Assembly (NCBI GenBank): GCA_040772485.1
Contig: JAXGYC010000007.1
Span: 416,001-480,000 of the forward strand
From: Sedimentisphaerales bacterium
GTDB lineage: Bacteria > Planctomycetota > Phycisphaerae > Sedimentisphaerales > Anaerobacaceae
Direction of reading: 5' to 3'
DNA: 64,000 nt
In this document: positions 1 to 11,884 of the stretch, piece by piece
Position numbering within the stretch: the stretch's first letter is position 1
Layout: each line of letters begins with the position of its first letter
Translations under genes and position numbers: made by a program
Notes under the pieces: model-generated
The model's input: the letters and a program-made list of their open reading frames with translations, nothing else
What the model was told of the DNA's origin: nothing
Database searches by the model: none

Positions 1-582
1 AGCATCTCGTTCCAGCGTCGTCCCGTGGTGGACGCGGCCAGTGCCAGCACCGACACGACCGGCCTCGCCGCCCCCTACTGGGTGAAGCTGACCCGAACCG
101 GCGACGTCTTCACGGCGCAGACGTCGCCCGACGGCGCCACCTGGACGGACATCACAGTCAGTCCGGCGCTGCAGATCGCCATGCCCACCAACGTCTACAT
201 CGGTCTGGCGGTGACCAGCCACAACGCCAGTGTGGCAACGGCGGCGGAGTTCTCCAATCTTTCGACGACCGGCAACATAACCGGCGCCTGGCAGATCGCC
301 GAGATTGGCGTTACTCAGCCTGTCGGCAGCTCGATGGAATCCATGTACGTGACGATCGAGGACAGCGCCGGCAAGACCAAGACAGTCGCCAACGCCGACG
401 GGGCCATCACGGCACGTCCCACGTGGCAGGAATGGATCATTCCGTACAGCGAGCTGAACGGCGTGAACCTTGCCCGAGTGCAGAGAATCGTCATCGGCGT
501 CGGCAATGCAACCAGCCCAAGCGCCGGCGGCACCGGCACCGTCTACGTTGACGACATCGGATTCGGCCGCAAAGCTGAGTAG
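1..582 (+). CDS. C-terminal part of a large secreted protein (concanavalin-A-like/DUF1349-like module plus carbohydrate-binding-like C-terminal module); truncated at window start
   Basis: Frame open from base 1. Motifs PYWVKLTRTGDVFTAQTSPDGATW, VYIGLAVTSHN and WQEWIIP...GTVYVDDIGF are typical of beta-sandwich modules in large planctomycete exoproteins. Confidence 0.7.
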   Translation, partial: SISFQRRPVVDAASASTDTTGLAAPYWVKLTRTGDVFTAQTSPDGATWTDITVSPALQIAMPTNVYIGLAVTSHNASVATAAEFSNLSTTGNITGAWQIAEIGVTQPVGSSMESMYVTIEDSAGKTKTVANADGAITARPTWQEWIIPYSELNGVNLARVQRIVIGVGNATSPSAGGTGTVYVDDIGFGRKAE

Positions 583-635
583 GATTGTTGAATCGTGATC
601 CCAGCCTTACGGCTGTCGGATCTGTGGATATGTTC

Positions 636-672
636 AGGGCCTATGCCATCACTGGCATAGGCCCTTTTTGTT
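636..672 (+). terminator. Rho-independent terminator between convergent genes
   Basis: Perfect 13-bp stem AGGGCCTATGCCA-tcac-TGGCATAGGCCCT followed by TTTTGTT. Confidence 0.85.
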
Positions 673-704
673 ACGTTCCCGAATTGCCCGGTGCGCCGTC
701 GATG

Positions 705-1712
705 CTACGCACACCAGGCGCGTTCGCGGTCGAGCTTGCCGGCCAGCGTATTCTGGGCGAGAATCACGTTCTCGCGAAGCTGGAAGTCGAACATCCCGAC
801 GCAGATGAAGTCCGCTCCGCCTTCGAAGGCAAACTTGAAGCCTTCGCGCGGGTGCAGCGCCCCGGCCGCCAGCACCTTGAACGCGATCCAGGGCTCCTTG
901 AGGCTCTTCATGTACTCGATCGTCTCTTTCGGGTTGCGGCACCACATGTTGTCGTGAGGCTCGCCGTGCCTTTCGCCCGAGGGCCCGACGGCGTCAAACG
1001 CCTTGCGGTGCTCCTGCGCCGTCGCGGACCAGTAGTTGTCCGGATGCAGGGTCTTGACCCAGAAGTCCGGCTTGAAGCCCGCCTTGACGAAGGCCTTGAT
1101 CGTCTCGAGGTCATGGGCGCCGAGCCCGCTGGGCAGACCAAACTGCCTCATGTATTCGAGCGCTTCGCCGACGAGGTCGGTCTTGCCGTCGCGGACAGCC
1201 GCATCGGCCAACCCCCCTTGTACATACACTGCATGGGCGCCGCTATCCACGGATCGTTTGACGCCCTCCTTGATCGTACTGCCGGCGGCGCAGTCGGAGA
1301 TGAATTGGATCCGGCCGCCCCGTTCATTCCAGTAGCGATTCAGCACGCGATCGGCGGTGGGATTGCCCAGAATCGTGTTAACGCCCATCTCCTCGGCCAG
1401 CGCCAGGGTCTCGAACACCTTCTCGTCGCTGTGGTAAGCCTTGACCAGGCTCGAAACGTAGATCAGGTCGCGGCTGTGGGCCCATCCGCCGATAAGGTTG
1501 CCGCCGCAGAACATCCGGCTGACCGTCAGGTCCTTGATCTTCCCACAGGGAAAGGCTCCCGGTTGCGACTTCTCCGGGGCCTTGGCGCTGCCCTCGCTCA
1601 TCTGCGCGCGGAGATTCTGCTCCTCGAAGCTGTGCAGCCCCAGGGCCATGCCGGCCGAGGCCGCCACGGACTTCTTGATGAACCCACGTCGATCGACTTG
1701 CTTGTCTGCCAT
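705..1712 (-). CDS. Tat-exported aldo/keto-reductase-like (TIM-barrel) protein, paralog 1
   Basis: Start at MADKQVDRRGFIKK (twin-Arg signal) with GGAG RBS. Motifs SRMFCGGNLIGGWAHSRDL, WIAFKVLAAG, FICVGMFDFQ. Confidence 0.7.
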   Translation of the reverse strand: MADKQVDRRGFIKKSVAASAGMALGLHSFEEQNLRAQMSEGSAKAPEKSQPGAFPCGKIKDLTVSRMFCGGNLIGGWAHSRDLIYVSSLVKAYHSDEKVFETLALAEEMGVNTILGNPTADRVLNRYWNERGGRIQFISDCAAGSTIKEGVKRSVDSGAHAVYVQGGLADAAVRDGKTDLVGEALEYMRQFGLPSGLGAHDLETIKAFVKAGFKPDFWVKTLHPDNYWSATAQEHRKAFDAVGPSGERHGEPHDNMWCRNPKETIEYMKSLKEPWIAFKVLAAGALHPREGFKFAFEGGADFICVGMFDFQLRENVILAQNTLAGKLDRERAWCA

Positions 1713-1726
1713 ACCATCACTCCAAT

Positions 1727-2704
1727 CTACGCATGCCACGCGCGAGAGCGGTTCAACCGGCCGGTCAATATGTTCCTGGCGATGATCGCGTTCTCGCGAA
1801 CCTGAAAATCGAACATTCCGACGCACAGGAAATCGGCGCCGTTCTCAAACGCAAACTTGAAGCCATCCGAAGGATGAACCGCCCCGGCCGCCAACACCTT
1901 GTAAGCGATCCAGGGCTTGCGGACCTTCTGCATGTACGCAGCCGTCTGGTCGGGGTGTTTGTCCCAGTAGTTGTCCACGTCGTAGTTGTCGATCACATCC
2001 TTGTTCTGCCCGGGCCGCCGGGTCGACCAATAATCGGTGCTGTGGTGGGTCTTCATGTAGAAGTCCACCGGCAAAGCCGCTTCCTCGCAGGCCTTGATCG
2101 TTTCCAGCTCGTGACCGCCGACGCCCGCGATCAGGCCGTTCTGCCTGATGAATTCGACCACCTTGCCGATCAGATCGACTCGTCCGGCCCGCGTCCAGGC
2201 ATCCCCGACGTTGCCGATGACATATGCGCCGGTGGCCCCGGCGTCGATCGCCTTCTGAACGTCTCCGGTCAGGTCCTCGGCAGAGGGAACGCACTGAGCC
2301 AGCCATTGGATTCGCCCGCCCCGCTCGTCCCAGTATTTCTTGACGACGCCGAGAGAACTGGTTCCGGCGTTGATCGTATTGACGCCGGATTCCTCGCAGA
2401 GTTCGAGCGTTTCGATGATCTTCTCATCCGTGAAGTAGTGCTTCAGGAGGGACGAGACATAGATCAGGTCGCGGCTATGGGCGTAGCCGCCGATGAGATT
2501 GCCGCCGCAGATGATGCGGCTGATCGTCACATCACCGATCTTGCCGGCCGGCACCCCCGCGACGGCAGGCCCCCGCCCCCGAGGCGAGTCGTCCTGCATC
2601 GCCGCCAGCAGGGCCTTCTCCTCCAGGCTCATGGCCGAGGCAAACGCAGCCGATCCAACCAGTGAGCTTCTCAGAAACGACCGACGGTCCAGGTTCTTCG
2701 ACAT
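1727..2704 (-). CDS. Tat-exported aldo/keto-reductase-like protein, paralog 2
   Basis: MSKNLDRRSFLR twin-Arg signal. SRIICGGNLIGGYAHSRDL, WIAYKVLAAG and FLCVGMFDFQ are nearly identical to the neighbour. Confidence 0.7.
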   Translation of the reverse strand: MSKNLDRRSFLRSSLVGSAAFASAMSLEEKALLAAMQDDSPRGRGPAVAGVPAGKIGDVTISRIICGGNLIGGYAHSRDLIYVSSLLKHYFTDEKIIETLELCEESGVNTINAGTSSLGVVKKYWDERGGRIQWLAQCVPSAEDLTGDVQKAIDAGATGAYVIGNVGDAWTRAGRVDLIGKVVEFIRQNGLIAGVGGHELETIKACEEAALPVDFYMKTHHSTDYWSTRRPGQNKDVIDNYDVDNYWDKHPDQTAAYMQKVRKPWIAYKVLAAGAVHPSDGFKFAFENGADFLCVGMFDFQVRENAIIARNILTGRLNRSRAWHA

Positions 2705-2844
2705 CCGGCCCCCTTGACAACCAAGTCCACACGGGCAGACCCCACACGGCAGCCCATTCGGCTCACTTTCATGATACCAGAAAAGGCCGCTGCATCAAAC
2801 AGCAATAAGACAACGGCAAGCCCCGCCTGCCCGTAGCGTTCACT

Positions 2845-4560
2845 CTACCGGCTGGACAGGGTAATCTCAGCCCAGTGGGCGGCTTCGAAACGCCAGCCCG
2901 TCGGCTCGTTGACCAGCTCGATCTTGACAGTGCGTCCTGCGTATGGCGACAAATCGACCCCAACTTCGGTCCATCCGACCGTGGTCGTATCCGGGCCAAT
3001 CGTCTTTCGCAGCAGTTGCTCTCCATCGACCTTGACGATCAGGTCCCAGTCACCCCGAGGGTCGTGGCCCACGACCAGCTTCAGCGTGCTGTCTTCGTTC
3101 GCGGGCAGCTTGACGGTCCGGCTGATGATGCAGCCGACTTCCTGGTTCAGAGGATGCGTCACAAGGACATTCTGCCGCCCACGCAGCTCCTTGCGGATGC
3201 CCGGAGCCATTTCCTCGCCGCACTGGACCACCTTCCAGCCCGGAGCGAACTTCTCGATCGCGTCGGACATATCCTTGCCGAGCAGCGCGGTGATCTTGGC
3301 CATTTCCTGCTTCGAATACCGCGTCTCCTGGGCCGGTCCTGGCTCCCAGCACCTCTCCAGACGACTCGGGCGAGGGCTTTGGACCGGGATCACAAAACAC
3401 TCCTCTCCCTGCTCATTCGCCTCGATCTTTCCGCCGCAGTTCTTCACAGCGTCGCGGGCCAGGTCTTCGCAGACGCGAATCAACGTGGGGAAGTTATATG
3501 GCGTATGGCTGAACTTGCCCCACGGGTCCAGCGCGATCTTGAACTTCTCCGGCAGGTTCTTGAACCCGATGGTGGTGAACAGGATGCCGGCGGCATTCGA
3601 CGGATTGCAGTCGGAGTCCTGGCCGCACCGAGTCGAGATGAGGATCGTCTGGTCCGGATCACCCTGGCCATACAGCAGGCCCATGACGATATAGGCGCCG
3701 TTGATCTTGGCGTCGATGTTGAACTCGTCCTCCGGACCCGAACACGAGAAGCGGCGATACGCTGGATTCAGATGGTACTTCTCGTTGATCCGTTGCCACG
3801 TCTTGGTCCAGTCGTCCGGGTGCTCTGCGTACCAGCGGAGCACGTCCCTGACACATTCATAGTACTGGCCGTCCTTCGGGATGCAGCGAAGCCCCGCCTC
3901 GATGATCTTGATCATGTCCTTCTCGAAGAACGCCTCGGCGTACATCCCGGCGACAAACTGCCCGCCGTAGAGGCCATCGCCGTAGTTCATCAGCCGCCCG
4001 AACTTCTCACCCAACTGGATCGCCACGTTGGGCATGCCTGGAGCAATCAGCCCGGCGTAGTCCGCCTCGATCTGATAGTCGATGTCGTCCGCGTGCTTGT
4101 TGAACTCGGGGTGGCCCGAATCCGGCGGAGCGATGCCGTTCCGCAGGTTGTCGCGCCCAGCCTTGTTGGCGTGCCAGAGCGGATAGCCGCTGTTGGCGAA
4201 ATCGATGCCCGCTTGCCGAATGGACACGTCGAATCCGTGCACCTCCAGCGTTCGCAGGAAGGTCATCTCCACATAGATGTCGTCCTGCTCGAACTGGTTG
4301 ATCATCGCGGGTTTCCACTCGGGCACCTGGTCCTCGGGAATGATGACCCCCTTGTAGCGAAACTCGGTAGGCGCGCCCCATCCCACGCCGGCCATCTGGC
4401 CGATCCATCCCGCCTTCATCTTGTCGACATACTCGGCCGTAGGAATCTGCCGCACATTCTCTTTGCCGGGCGTCAGTTTGGCCAACGGCGCACGTCCGCA
4501 GCCGAAACCGCCTACGATGCTGAGAACCCCGACGACGTGCAGTGCCCAACCTCGCTTCAT
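2845..4560 (-). CDS. ADP-ribosylglycohydrolase family protein, probable lipoprotein, with C-terminal beta-sandwich domain
   Basis: Start MKRGWALHVV with AGGAGG RBS and lipobox-like GFGC. Motifs GWIGQMAGVGWGAPTEF, QDDIYVE, GQDSDCNPSNAAG. Confidence 0.75.
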   Translation of the reverse strand: MKRGWALHVVGVLSIVGGFGCGRAPLAKLTPGKENVRQIPTAEYVDKMKAGWIGQMAGVGWGAPTEFRYKGVIIPEDQVPEWKPAMINQFEQDDIYVEMTFLRTLEVHGFDVSIRQAGIDFANSGYPLWHANKAGRDNLRNGIAPPDSGHPEFNKHADDIDYQIEADYAGLIAPGMPNVAIQLGEKFGRLMNYGDGLYGGQFVAGMYAEAFFEKDMIKIIEAGLRCIPKDGQYYECVRDVLRWYAEHPDDWTKTWQRINEKYHLNPAYRRFSCSGPEDEFNIDAKINGAYIVMGLLYGQGDPDQTILISTRCGQDSDCNPSNAAGILFTTIGFKNLPEKFKIALDPWGKFSHTPYNFPTLIRVCEDLARDAVKNCGGKIEANEQGEECFVIPVQSPRPSRLERCWEPGPAQETRYSKQEMAKITALLGKDMSDAIEKFAPGWKVVQCGEEMAPGIRKELRGRQNVLVTHPLNQEVGCIISRTVKLPANEDSTLKLVVGHDPRGDWDLIVKVDGEQLLRKTIGPDTTTVGWTEVGVDLSPYAGRTVKIELVNEPTGWRFEAAHWAEITLSSR

Positions 4561-4766
4561 GGTGTACCTCCTTATTTCCATACCTTCCCGATGGACCTCT
4601 GAGGCCCGGCCCCCGGACGTTGGTCCACAGCGTGATGGAGGCCGCAGAGCCGTGCTCAATTCCAGCTTATATCGCCTCCGGCGCAGCCGGTAAAGGCAAA
4701 TCGGGCCGGCCGGTCGCACTTGGGCGACAGGGGCGTTCGCTGGCGATGCATATTTGTAAGTGTGCG

Positions 4767-4794
4767 TTGCATTGACGGGACCAGCCGGTATAAT
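4767..4794 (+). promoter_or_regulatory. sigma70-type promoter of the bamD-like to LOG gene run
   Basis: TTGCAT-N16-TATAAT upstream of 4860. Confidence 0.5.
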
Positions 4795-4859
4795 GAGGCC
4801 CGTCTGAGGCCACTGCGGGAGACGTCCTTCTTTGAGCCTCCGAATGGACCGAACCCGAA

Positions 4860-5855
4860 ATGATGAACCAGATGCGAAATGCCAGCCTGCTTGTGTTGAT
4901 GGCGATATCGTGCTTGGGCGTCTCGGCGACCGAGACATCCAGGCCCCAGGACGGGACCGAGCGGAAATCCGTTGTCGCCGATCCTCACCAGCGCTACCTG
5001 CAAGCCGTTGCCAAGCTTAAGGACACGGCGCGCGCCGGGGACGCCGGAGACGTCAAAGATGCGCTGGCCCGCATCAAGGATGACTTTCCACAGCACGCCG
5101 GGCCCGACCTCGAGCTTTTTGCGGTGGGCGAGCTGGAGTTCTGGAACGACCGATACGCCAGAGCAATGGTCAAGTACGAGAAGATGTTGAAGGATCATCC
5201 GGCCAGCGAGTTCGTCGATGACGTGATGGACCGGCAATTCGAGATCGCGACCGCCTACCTGGCTGGGCGCAAGAAACGCGTGCTGGGCCTTATCAACATC
5301 CGTGGCTACGCCGAAGGCGTGGAGATCATGGAGAAGCTCAGCGACCGCACCGGCCTGGACGAGCCCAACAGCATTGGTCTCAAGGCCGCTATCGCGGTAG
5401 CCGAGCACTACGAAGCGAGGGAGAAGTACATCGAAGCCTACCTCAAATGGTCAGAGATCGCATCGTATTGGGAGATGGGGCCCATCGGCAAGAGGGCGAT
5501 CCTTCGGATGGCGGAAGACAACTTCGCGGCCTACAACAAGCCGCCGGAGAAGCGGCAGCCGCTGCTGGATGCCTCCAAGCTGACGACGGCCAAGACCTAC
5601 TACGAGCGGTTCGCTCTGCGTTATCCGGAGGACGCCGCAAGACACGACATTCCGGCCAAACTTAAGCGAATCGACGAGCAGATGGCCTACAAACAGTATA
5701 CGATCGGCCGCTACTACCAGCGCACCAAGCGAGTGGAGGCCGCCAACCTTTACTACGACATGGTGACCGAAAACTGGCCCAACACCGAAGCGGCCCAAAT
5801 GGCCAAGGAAGCCCGGCAGGAGCTCCTCGACAGGATGCGAGCCCGTGAAGAGTAG
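4860..5855 (+). CDS. bamD: Outer membrane protein assembly factor BamD-like TPR protein
   Basis: Signal peptide, TPR helices (YEKMLKDHPASEF; YYERFALRYP), C-terminal QMAYKQYTIGRYYQR...AANLYYDMVTENWPNT typical of BamD; adjacent to an LptE-like gene. Confidence 0.7.
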   Translation: MMNQMRNASLLVLMAISCLGVSATETSRPQDGTERKSVVADPHQRYLQAVAKLKDTARAGDAGDVKDALARIKDDFPQHAGPDLELFAVGELEFWNDRYARAMVKYEKMLKDHPASEFVDDVMDRQFEIATAYLAGRKKRVLGLINIRGYAEGVEIMEKLSDRTGLDEPNSIGLKAAIAVAEHYEAREKYIEAYLKWSEIASYWEMGPIGKRAILRMAEDNFAAYNKPPEKRQPLLDASKLTTAKTYYERFALRYPEDAARHDIPAKLKRIDEQMAYKQYTIGRYYQRTKRVEAANLYYDMVTENWPNTEAAQMAKEARQELLDRMRAREE

Positions 5856-6384
5856 TCCGCGTACAATCCGATGCCGCTGGGTACTTCTGCTTGCCGCCGG
5901 TGCGCTGGCCGCGACCGGACTGGCCGGGTGTGCTTCGCCGGGCGGCTATTCGAACCAGAGCCTGTATCCGGAGGACATCCAAAGCGTCTGCCTGGAGATG
6001 TTCGACAACCGCAGCTTCCGCCGGGGCGTCGAATACACGCTGTCCGACGCACTGGCCAAGCGTATCGAGACGATGACCCCTTACAAGATCGTTTCCAGCA
6101 GAGACCGGGCCGACAGCGTCATCACCGGCCAGTTGATCTCTATCGACGAGTCGGCACTGACCATCGAACGTGAACTGGCACGGCCGCTGGAGAAGGAAGT
6201 GGTGCTGACGGCGACCGTGAACTGGAAGAATCTCAACAACGGCCAGCTCATGATCAACAGCCGGACAGTCACCGCCGCGGCCAGCTACTCGGATTTCCAG
6301 AACCAGGACTTCACCTATGCCGCGGCCCTCGCGGCAAACAAGCTGGCCCAGAAGATCGTAGAGCTAATGGAAACCCGTTGGTAA
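5845..6384 (+). CDS. lptE: LptE family lipoprotein
   Basis: Lipobox LAGC. MFDNRSFRRGVEYTLSDAL, ADSVITGQL and C-terminal LAQKIVELMETRW fit the LptE-like family. Confidence 0.7.
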   Translation: MKSSPRTIRCRWVLLLAAGALAATGLAGCASPGGYSNQSLYPEDIQSVCLEMFDNRSFRRGVEYTLSDALAKRIETMTPYKIVSSRDRADSVITGQLISIDESALTIERELARPLEKEVVLTATVNWKNLNNGQLMINSRTVTAAASYSDFQNQDFTYAAALAANKLAQKIVELMETRW

Positions 6385-6460
6385 ACTGCGCAAGATGGAC
6401 AACCCTCGGGGCGAAATGCACGATAGACGACTCCCCGGACACGGAATCGAACGTTACGCT

Positions 6461-8488
<2,028 letters not shown>

Positions 8489-8521
8489 GGTTTTCGCCTT
8501 GTTGTTGGCAGGGATATCGAA

Positions 8522-10366
8522 ATGAATGCAAGCAGGCAGGTTCTCGTATGCGCTGTTTGGGTCGCTCTGTGCGGCTCGTGGGCCATCGCCGCCACGGGCG
8601 GTGACGCAGTGGAGCTGGCTCGCGTCGACAGCGAGCACTCGCAAGTCCGCCTTGAAGCGGCGCGCATCGAGGATCAGCCGGCACTGGCGGTGGTTTTTGC
8701 GGGCACCGACGACCTGCACTACTACGCGAGATCTGAAACCGCCCCGGCCCCGCAATTCAACCTGAGGATTCGCCCTTCGGGAGACGGCCTGGAGTTCGGC
8801 GAGGCGGTCTTCCCTCCCTGGCAGATGTTCCACGACGTCGGGCTCGAGAAAGACGTAGAAGTCTACGTCGGCGACTTTCGTGTCCTGGTCCCTTTGCGTT
8901 CGACGGCGAGTGAGCCGGTCCGCGTAAGCGTTCGCATCACCGGCATGGCCTGCACGAGCCAGTTGTGTCTGCCTCCTTTCGACAAGACGGTGACCGCTGT
9001 CATCGACTTCGCGGGCGGGACCGCAACAGGACCGACCCAGGCCAAACCGGCAGAGGCGCCTCCCGTCGTACAGACAGGCACATCGGCGTCCTCGGCCGGT
9101 CAAGAGCCGACCCAACCGGATGGGACATCGAGCCGACAGGAAATCCTGCCGTACAGCACAGCGGTGTACTATCTGCTGGCCATCGTCGCGGGCATCTCGA
9201 TCAACATCATGCCGTGCGTGCTGCCGGTGATCCCGCTGATCCTGATGCGGCTGATCGACCAGTCCAAGCGCTCCGGCGGCGGTCGCCTGGCGGGCGGGCT
9301 GGCATTCTGCGCCGGCGTGATCCTGTTCTTCGCGGCCTTTGCCCTCGTCTCGGCGATCATCAACCTCACGACCGGCGCGGTCCTCGACCTGAACAGCCTC
9401 TTTCGCTATCCCAAGGCGGTCATCGTGTTGTTTCTGGCAATCGTGTTCTTCGGCCTGGCCATGCTGGACGTGATCACGCTGTCAGTGCCGTCGGGCCTCG
9501 CAAGCAAGCAGAACGCCGGCTCCGGCCTGCTCGGCACGGCGGGGATGGGGTTCTTCGCGGGCGTGCTCAGCACCCCCTGTAGCGGCGCCCTGCTCGGATT
9601 CGTGCTCGTCTGGGCGCAGACGCAGCCTCTGCTGGTCAGCAGCATCGCGATTGTGCTGATGGGCGTGGGGATGGCCCTGCCCTACGCCGTGATCGTCTCT
9701 GTCCCCTCCCTGATGGATCGCATTCCCAAGCCGGGAACGTGGATGGAGATTTTCAAGAAATCCACGGGCTTCTTGTTGTTCTTCATCGCCGTCAAGCTCA
9801 CCCTGGCGGCTTTGCCGAAGGACCGTCTCCTGAACGTTCTGCTGTACGGGATCGTGTTCAGCTTCTGTGTCTGGATGTGGGGCAAGTGGGTGGGGTTCGC
9901 GACGCCTGCCGGAAAGAGACGTCTGGTTCGATTCATCGCGCTGGTTCTGGCGGTTGGCGGAGCTCTGTGGCTGCTTCCGGCGTCGGGGGTTCCCGCGGGA
10001 GGCACGATCGACTGGCAATCGTACGATCGCGCCGTCGTCGACGGCGCCACATCGCGCGGCCGTCCGGTGCTGCTGAAATTCACCGCCGATTGGTGCACCA
10101 ACTGCAAGGTCGTGGAACGGAAGGTCTACCGCGATCCCGAGGTGATTCAACAATTGCAGAAGAAGAACGTGCTGGCGATCCTGGCGGACACCACAGTCAT
10201 CGACTACCCCGCGACACAAGACCTTCGGCAGGTCTACGGTGAGGCAGGCAATGTACCGGTGACGATCGTGCGTCTGCCGGGTGGGCAGGTACACAAGCTG
10301 CGAGGGATTTTCGACAAACAGGAACTGATCGATCTACTCAAGACACTGCCGGAGGGACCGAGGTAG
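8522..10366 (+). CDS. dsbD: DsbD-like thiol:disulfide interchange protein
   Basis: N-terminal ACTSQLCLPP; TM domain NIMPCVLPVIP and STPCSG; PKPGTWME; C-terminal thioredoxin TADWCTNCK. Confidence 0.9.
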   Translation: MNASRQVLVCAVWVALCGSWAIAATGGDAVELARVDSEHSQVRLEAARIEDQPALAVVFAGTDDLHYYARSETAPAPQFNLRIRPSGDGLEFGEAVFPPWQMFHDVGLEKDVEVYVGDFRVLVPLRSTASEPVRVSVRITGMACTSQLCLPPFDKTVTAVIDFAGGTATGPTQAKPAEAPPVVQTGTSASSAGQEPTQPDGTSSRQEILPYSTAVYYLLAIVAGISINIMPCVLPVIPLILMRLIDQSKRSGGGRLAGGLAFCAGVILFFAAFALVSAIINLTTGAVLDLNSLFRYPKAVIVLFLAIVFFGLAMLDVITLSVPSGLASKQNAGSGLLGTAGMGFFAGVLSTPCSGALLGFVLVWAQTQPLLVSSIAIVLMGVGMALPYAVIVSVPSLMDRIPKPGTWMEIFKKSTGFLLFFIAVKLTLAALPKDRLLNVLLYGIVFSFCVWMWGKWVGFATPAGKRRLVRFIALVLAVGGALWLLPASGVPAGGTIDWQSYDRAVVDGATSRGRPVLLKFTADWCTNCKVVERKVYRDPEVIQQLQKKNVLAILADTTVIDYPATQDLRQVYGEAGNVPVTIVRLPGGQVHKLRGIFDKQELIDLLKTLPEGPR

Positions 10367-11077
10367 ATGGCAAGAAAGAAAGCCGCCGGGCAGACGAACA
10401 GAAAACCGAGTGCCAGGGCAAGCGGCTTTGACAAGGCCGCCGCTCAGCAGCGTGTCAAAGACATCTGGCCCATCCTGAAGAAGACCTATCCCGACGCCAA
10501 AGTCGCGCTGCACTTCACCAATCCGCTCGAACTGCTCGTTGCGACGATCCTCTCGGCCCAGTGCACGGACGTGCGCGTCAACATCGTAACCAAAGACCTC
10601 TTTAAGAAATACCGATCCGCCTCTGACTGGGCCGGGGCGGACGTCAGAGAAATCGAAGAAGATATCCGGACCACCGGGTTCTTCCGCAACAAGGCGCAGA
10701 ACATCAAGGGCGCCTGCACCCGGATTGCCAAAGAATTCGGAGGGAAGGTCCCTCAGACAATGGAGAAGTTGACCGCCCTTCCCGGCGTTGGTCGAAAGAC
10801 CGCCAACGTGGTGCTCGGCAATGCCTTTGGCACCCCCGGAATCGTGTGCGACACCCACGTGATTCGCCTCTCCCGCCGCCTGGCACTGTCCGATAACTCA
10901 GACCCGGTAAAGCTGGAGTTCGATCTGGCCGACATAGTTCCCAAGAAGGATTGGACGCTGTTCAGCCATTTGCTGGTTTTCCACGGCCGGAACCTCTGCA
11001 AAGCCCGAAAGCCCGACTGTCCGGCCTGTCCGATCGCGGCCTTCTGTCCGGCCGCCCATCGACCCGACCTGTGGTAG
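10367..11077 (+). CDS. nth: Endonuclease III
   Basis: LLVATILSAQCTD, HhH LPGVGRKTANVV, DTHV, 4Fe-4S motif CKARKPDCPACPIAAFC. Confidence 0.96.
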   Translation: MARKKAAGQTNRKPSARASGFDKAAAQQRVKDIWPILKKTYPDAKVALHFTNPLELLVATILSAQCTDVRVNIVTKDLFKKYRSASDWAGADVREIEEDIRTTGFFRNKAQNIKGACTRIAKEFGGKVPQTMEKLTALPGVGRKTANVVLGNAFGTPGIVCDTHVIRLSRRLALSDNSDPVKLEFDLADIVPKKDWTLFSHLLVFHGRNLCKARKPDCPACPIAAFCPAAHRPDLW

Positions 11078-11101
11078 CGGAACGGTCGACCACCTGAATC
11101 A

Positions 11102-11848
11102 GTGGAAACGAATGAAATGATCGACACCCCCGACAAACCGGTGCAAGACCTGTGGCGGATGTTCCGGATCATGGCCGAATTCACGGAAGGATTCGAGGAA
11201 TTGGCCTCCGTCGGTCCGGCCGTTTCGATCTTCGGCTCGGCCCGCACACATCCCAACCATCGCTACTACAAGTTGGCCGCTCAGACCGCCTGCCAGATCA
11301 CCAAGGCCGGCTTTGCGGTCATCACCGGAGGCGGTGGCGGCATCATGGAGGCCGCCAACAAGGGCGCCGCCAAGGCCGGCGGAACCAGCATCGGCCTGAA
11401 CATCGAGCTGCCGATGGAACAGATCCCCAATGACTACCAGAACCTCTCCCTGCACTTTCGCTACTTCTTCGTGCGCAAGGTCATGTTCCTCAAGTACGCG
11501 CACGGGTTCATCGTCTTCCCCGGCGGTTACGGAACGATGGACGAACTCTTCGAATCGCTGGTTCTGATCCAGACGCTCAAGCAGATTCAGTTCCCGGTCA
11601 TCCTGATGTGCCATGAGTTCTGGGACGGGCTGATCGCCTGGGTGAAGGACACGATGCTCGGTGAGCACGGATACGTCTCGCCGGAAGACCTCAACGTCTT
11701 CACCGTGACCGACGACCCGGCCGAGGCGGTCAAGATCATTACCGACTTCCGGGACCAGCGCGGCCAAAGCGGCCTGGCTATGCCGCCCGGCATGAAGAAG
11801 GAATCGGGCTCCGAGCCCCGGCCCGACGCCACACAGTTCACCGGCTGA
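11102..11848 (+). CDS. LOG family (TIGR00730-type) nucleotide phosphoribohydrolase
   Basis: VSIFGSAR, TGGGGGIMEAANKGA, YFFVRKVMF, PGGYGTMDE. Start may be the ATG at 11117. Confidence 0.9.
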   Translation: METNEMIDTPDKPVQDLWRMFRIMAEFTEGFEELASVGPAVSIFGSARTHPNHRYYKLAAQTACQITKAGFAVITGGGGGIMEAANKGAAKAGGTSIGLNIELPMEQIPNDYQNLSLHFRYFFVRKVMFLKYAHGFIVFPGGYGTMDELFESLVLIQTLKQIQFPVILMCHEFWDGLIAWVKDTMLGEHGYVSPEDLNVFTVTDDPAEAVKIITDFRDQRGQSGLAMPPGMKKESGSEPRPDATQFTG

Positions 11849-11884
11849 CACACCTGGACCGGCCATCCCACAAACGCAACGCCA

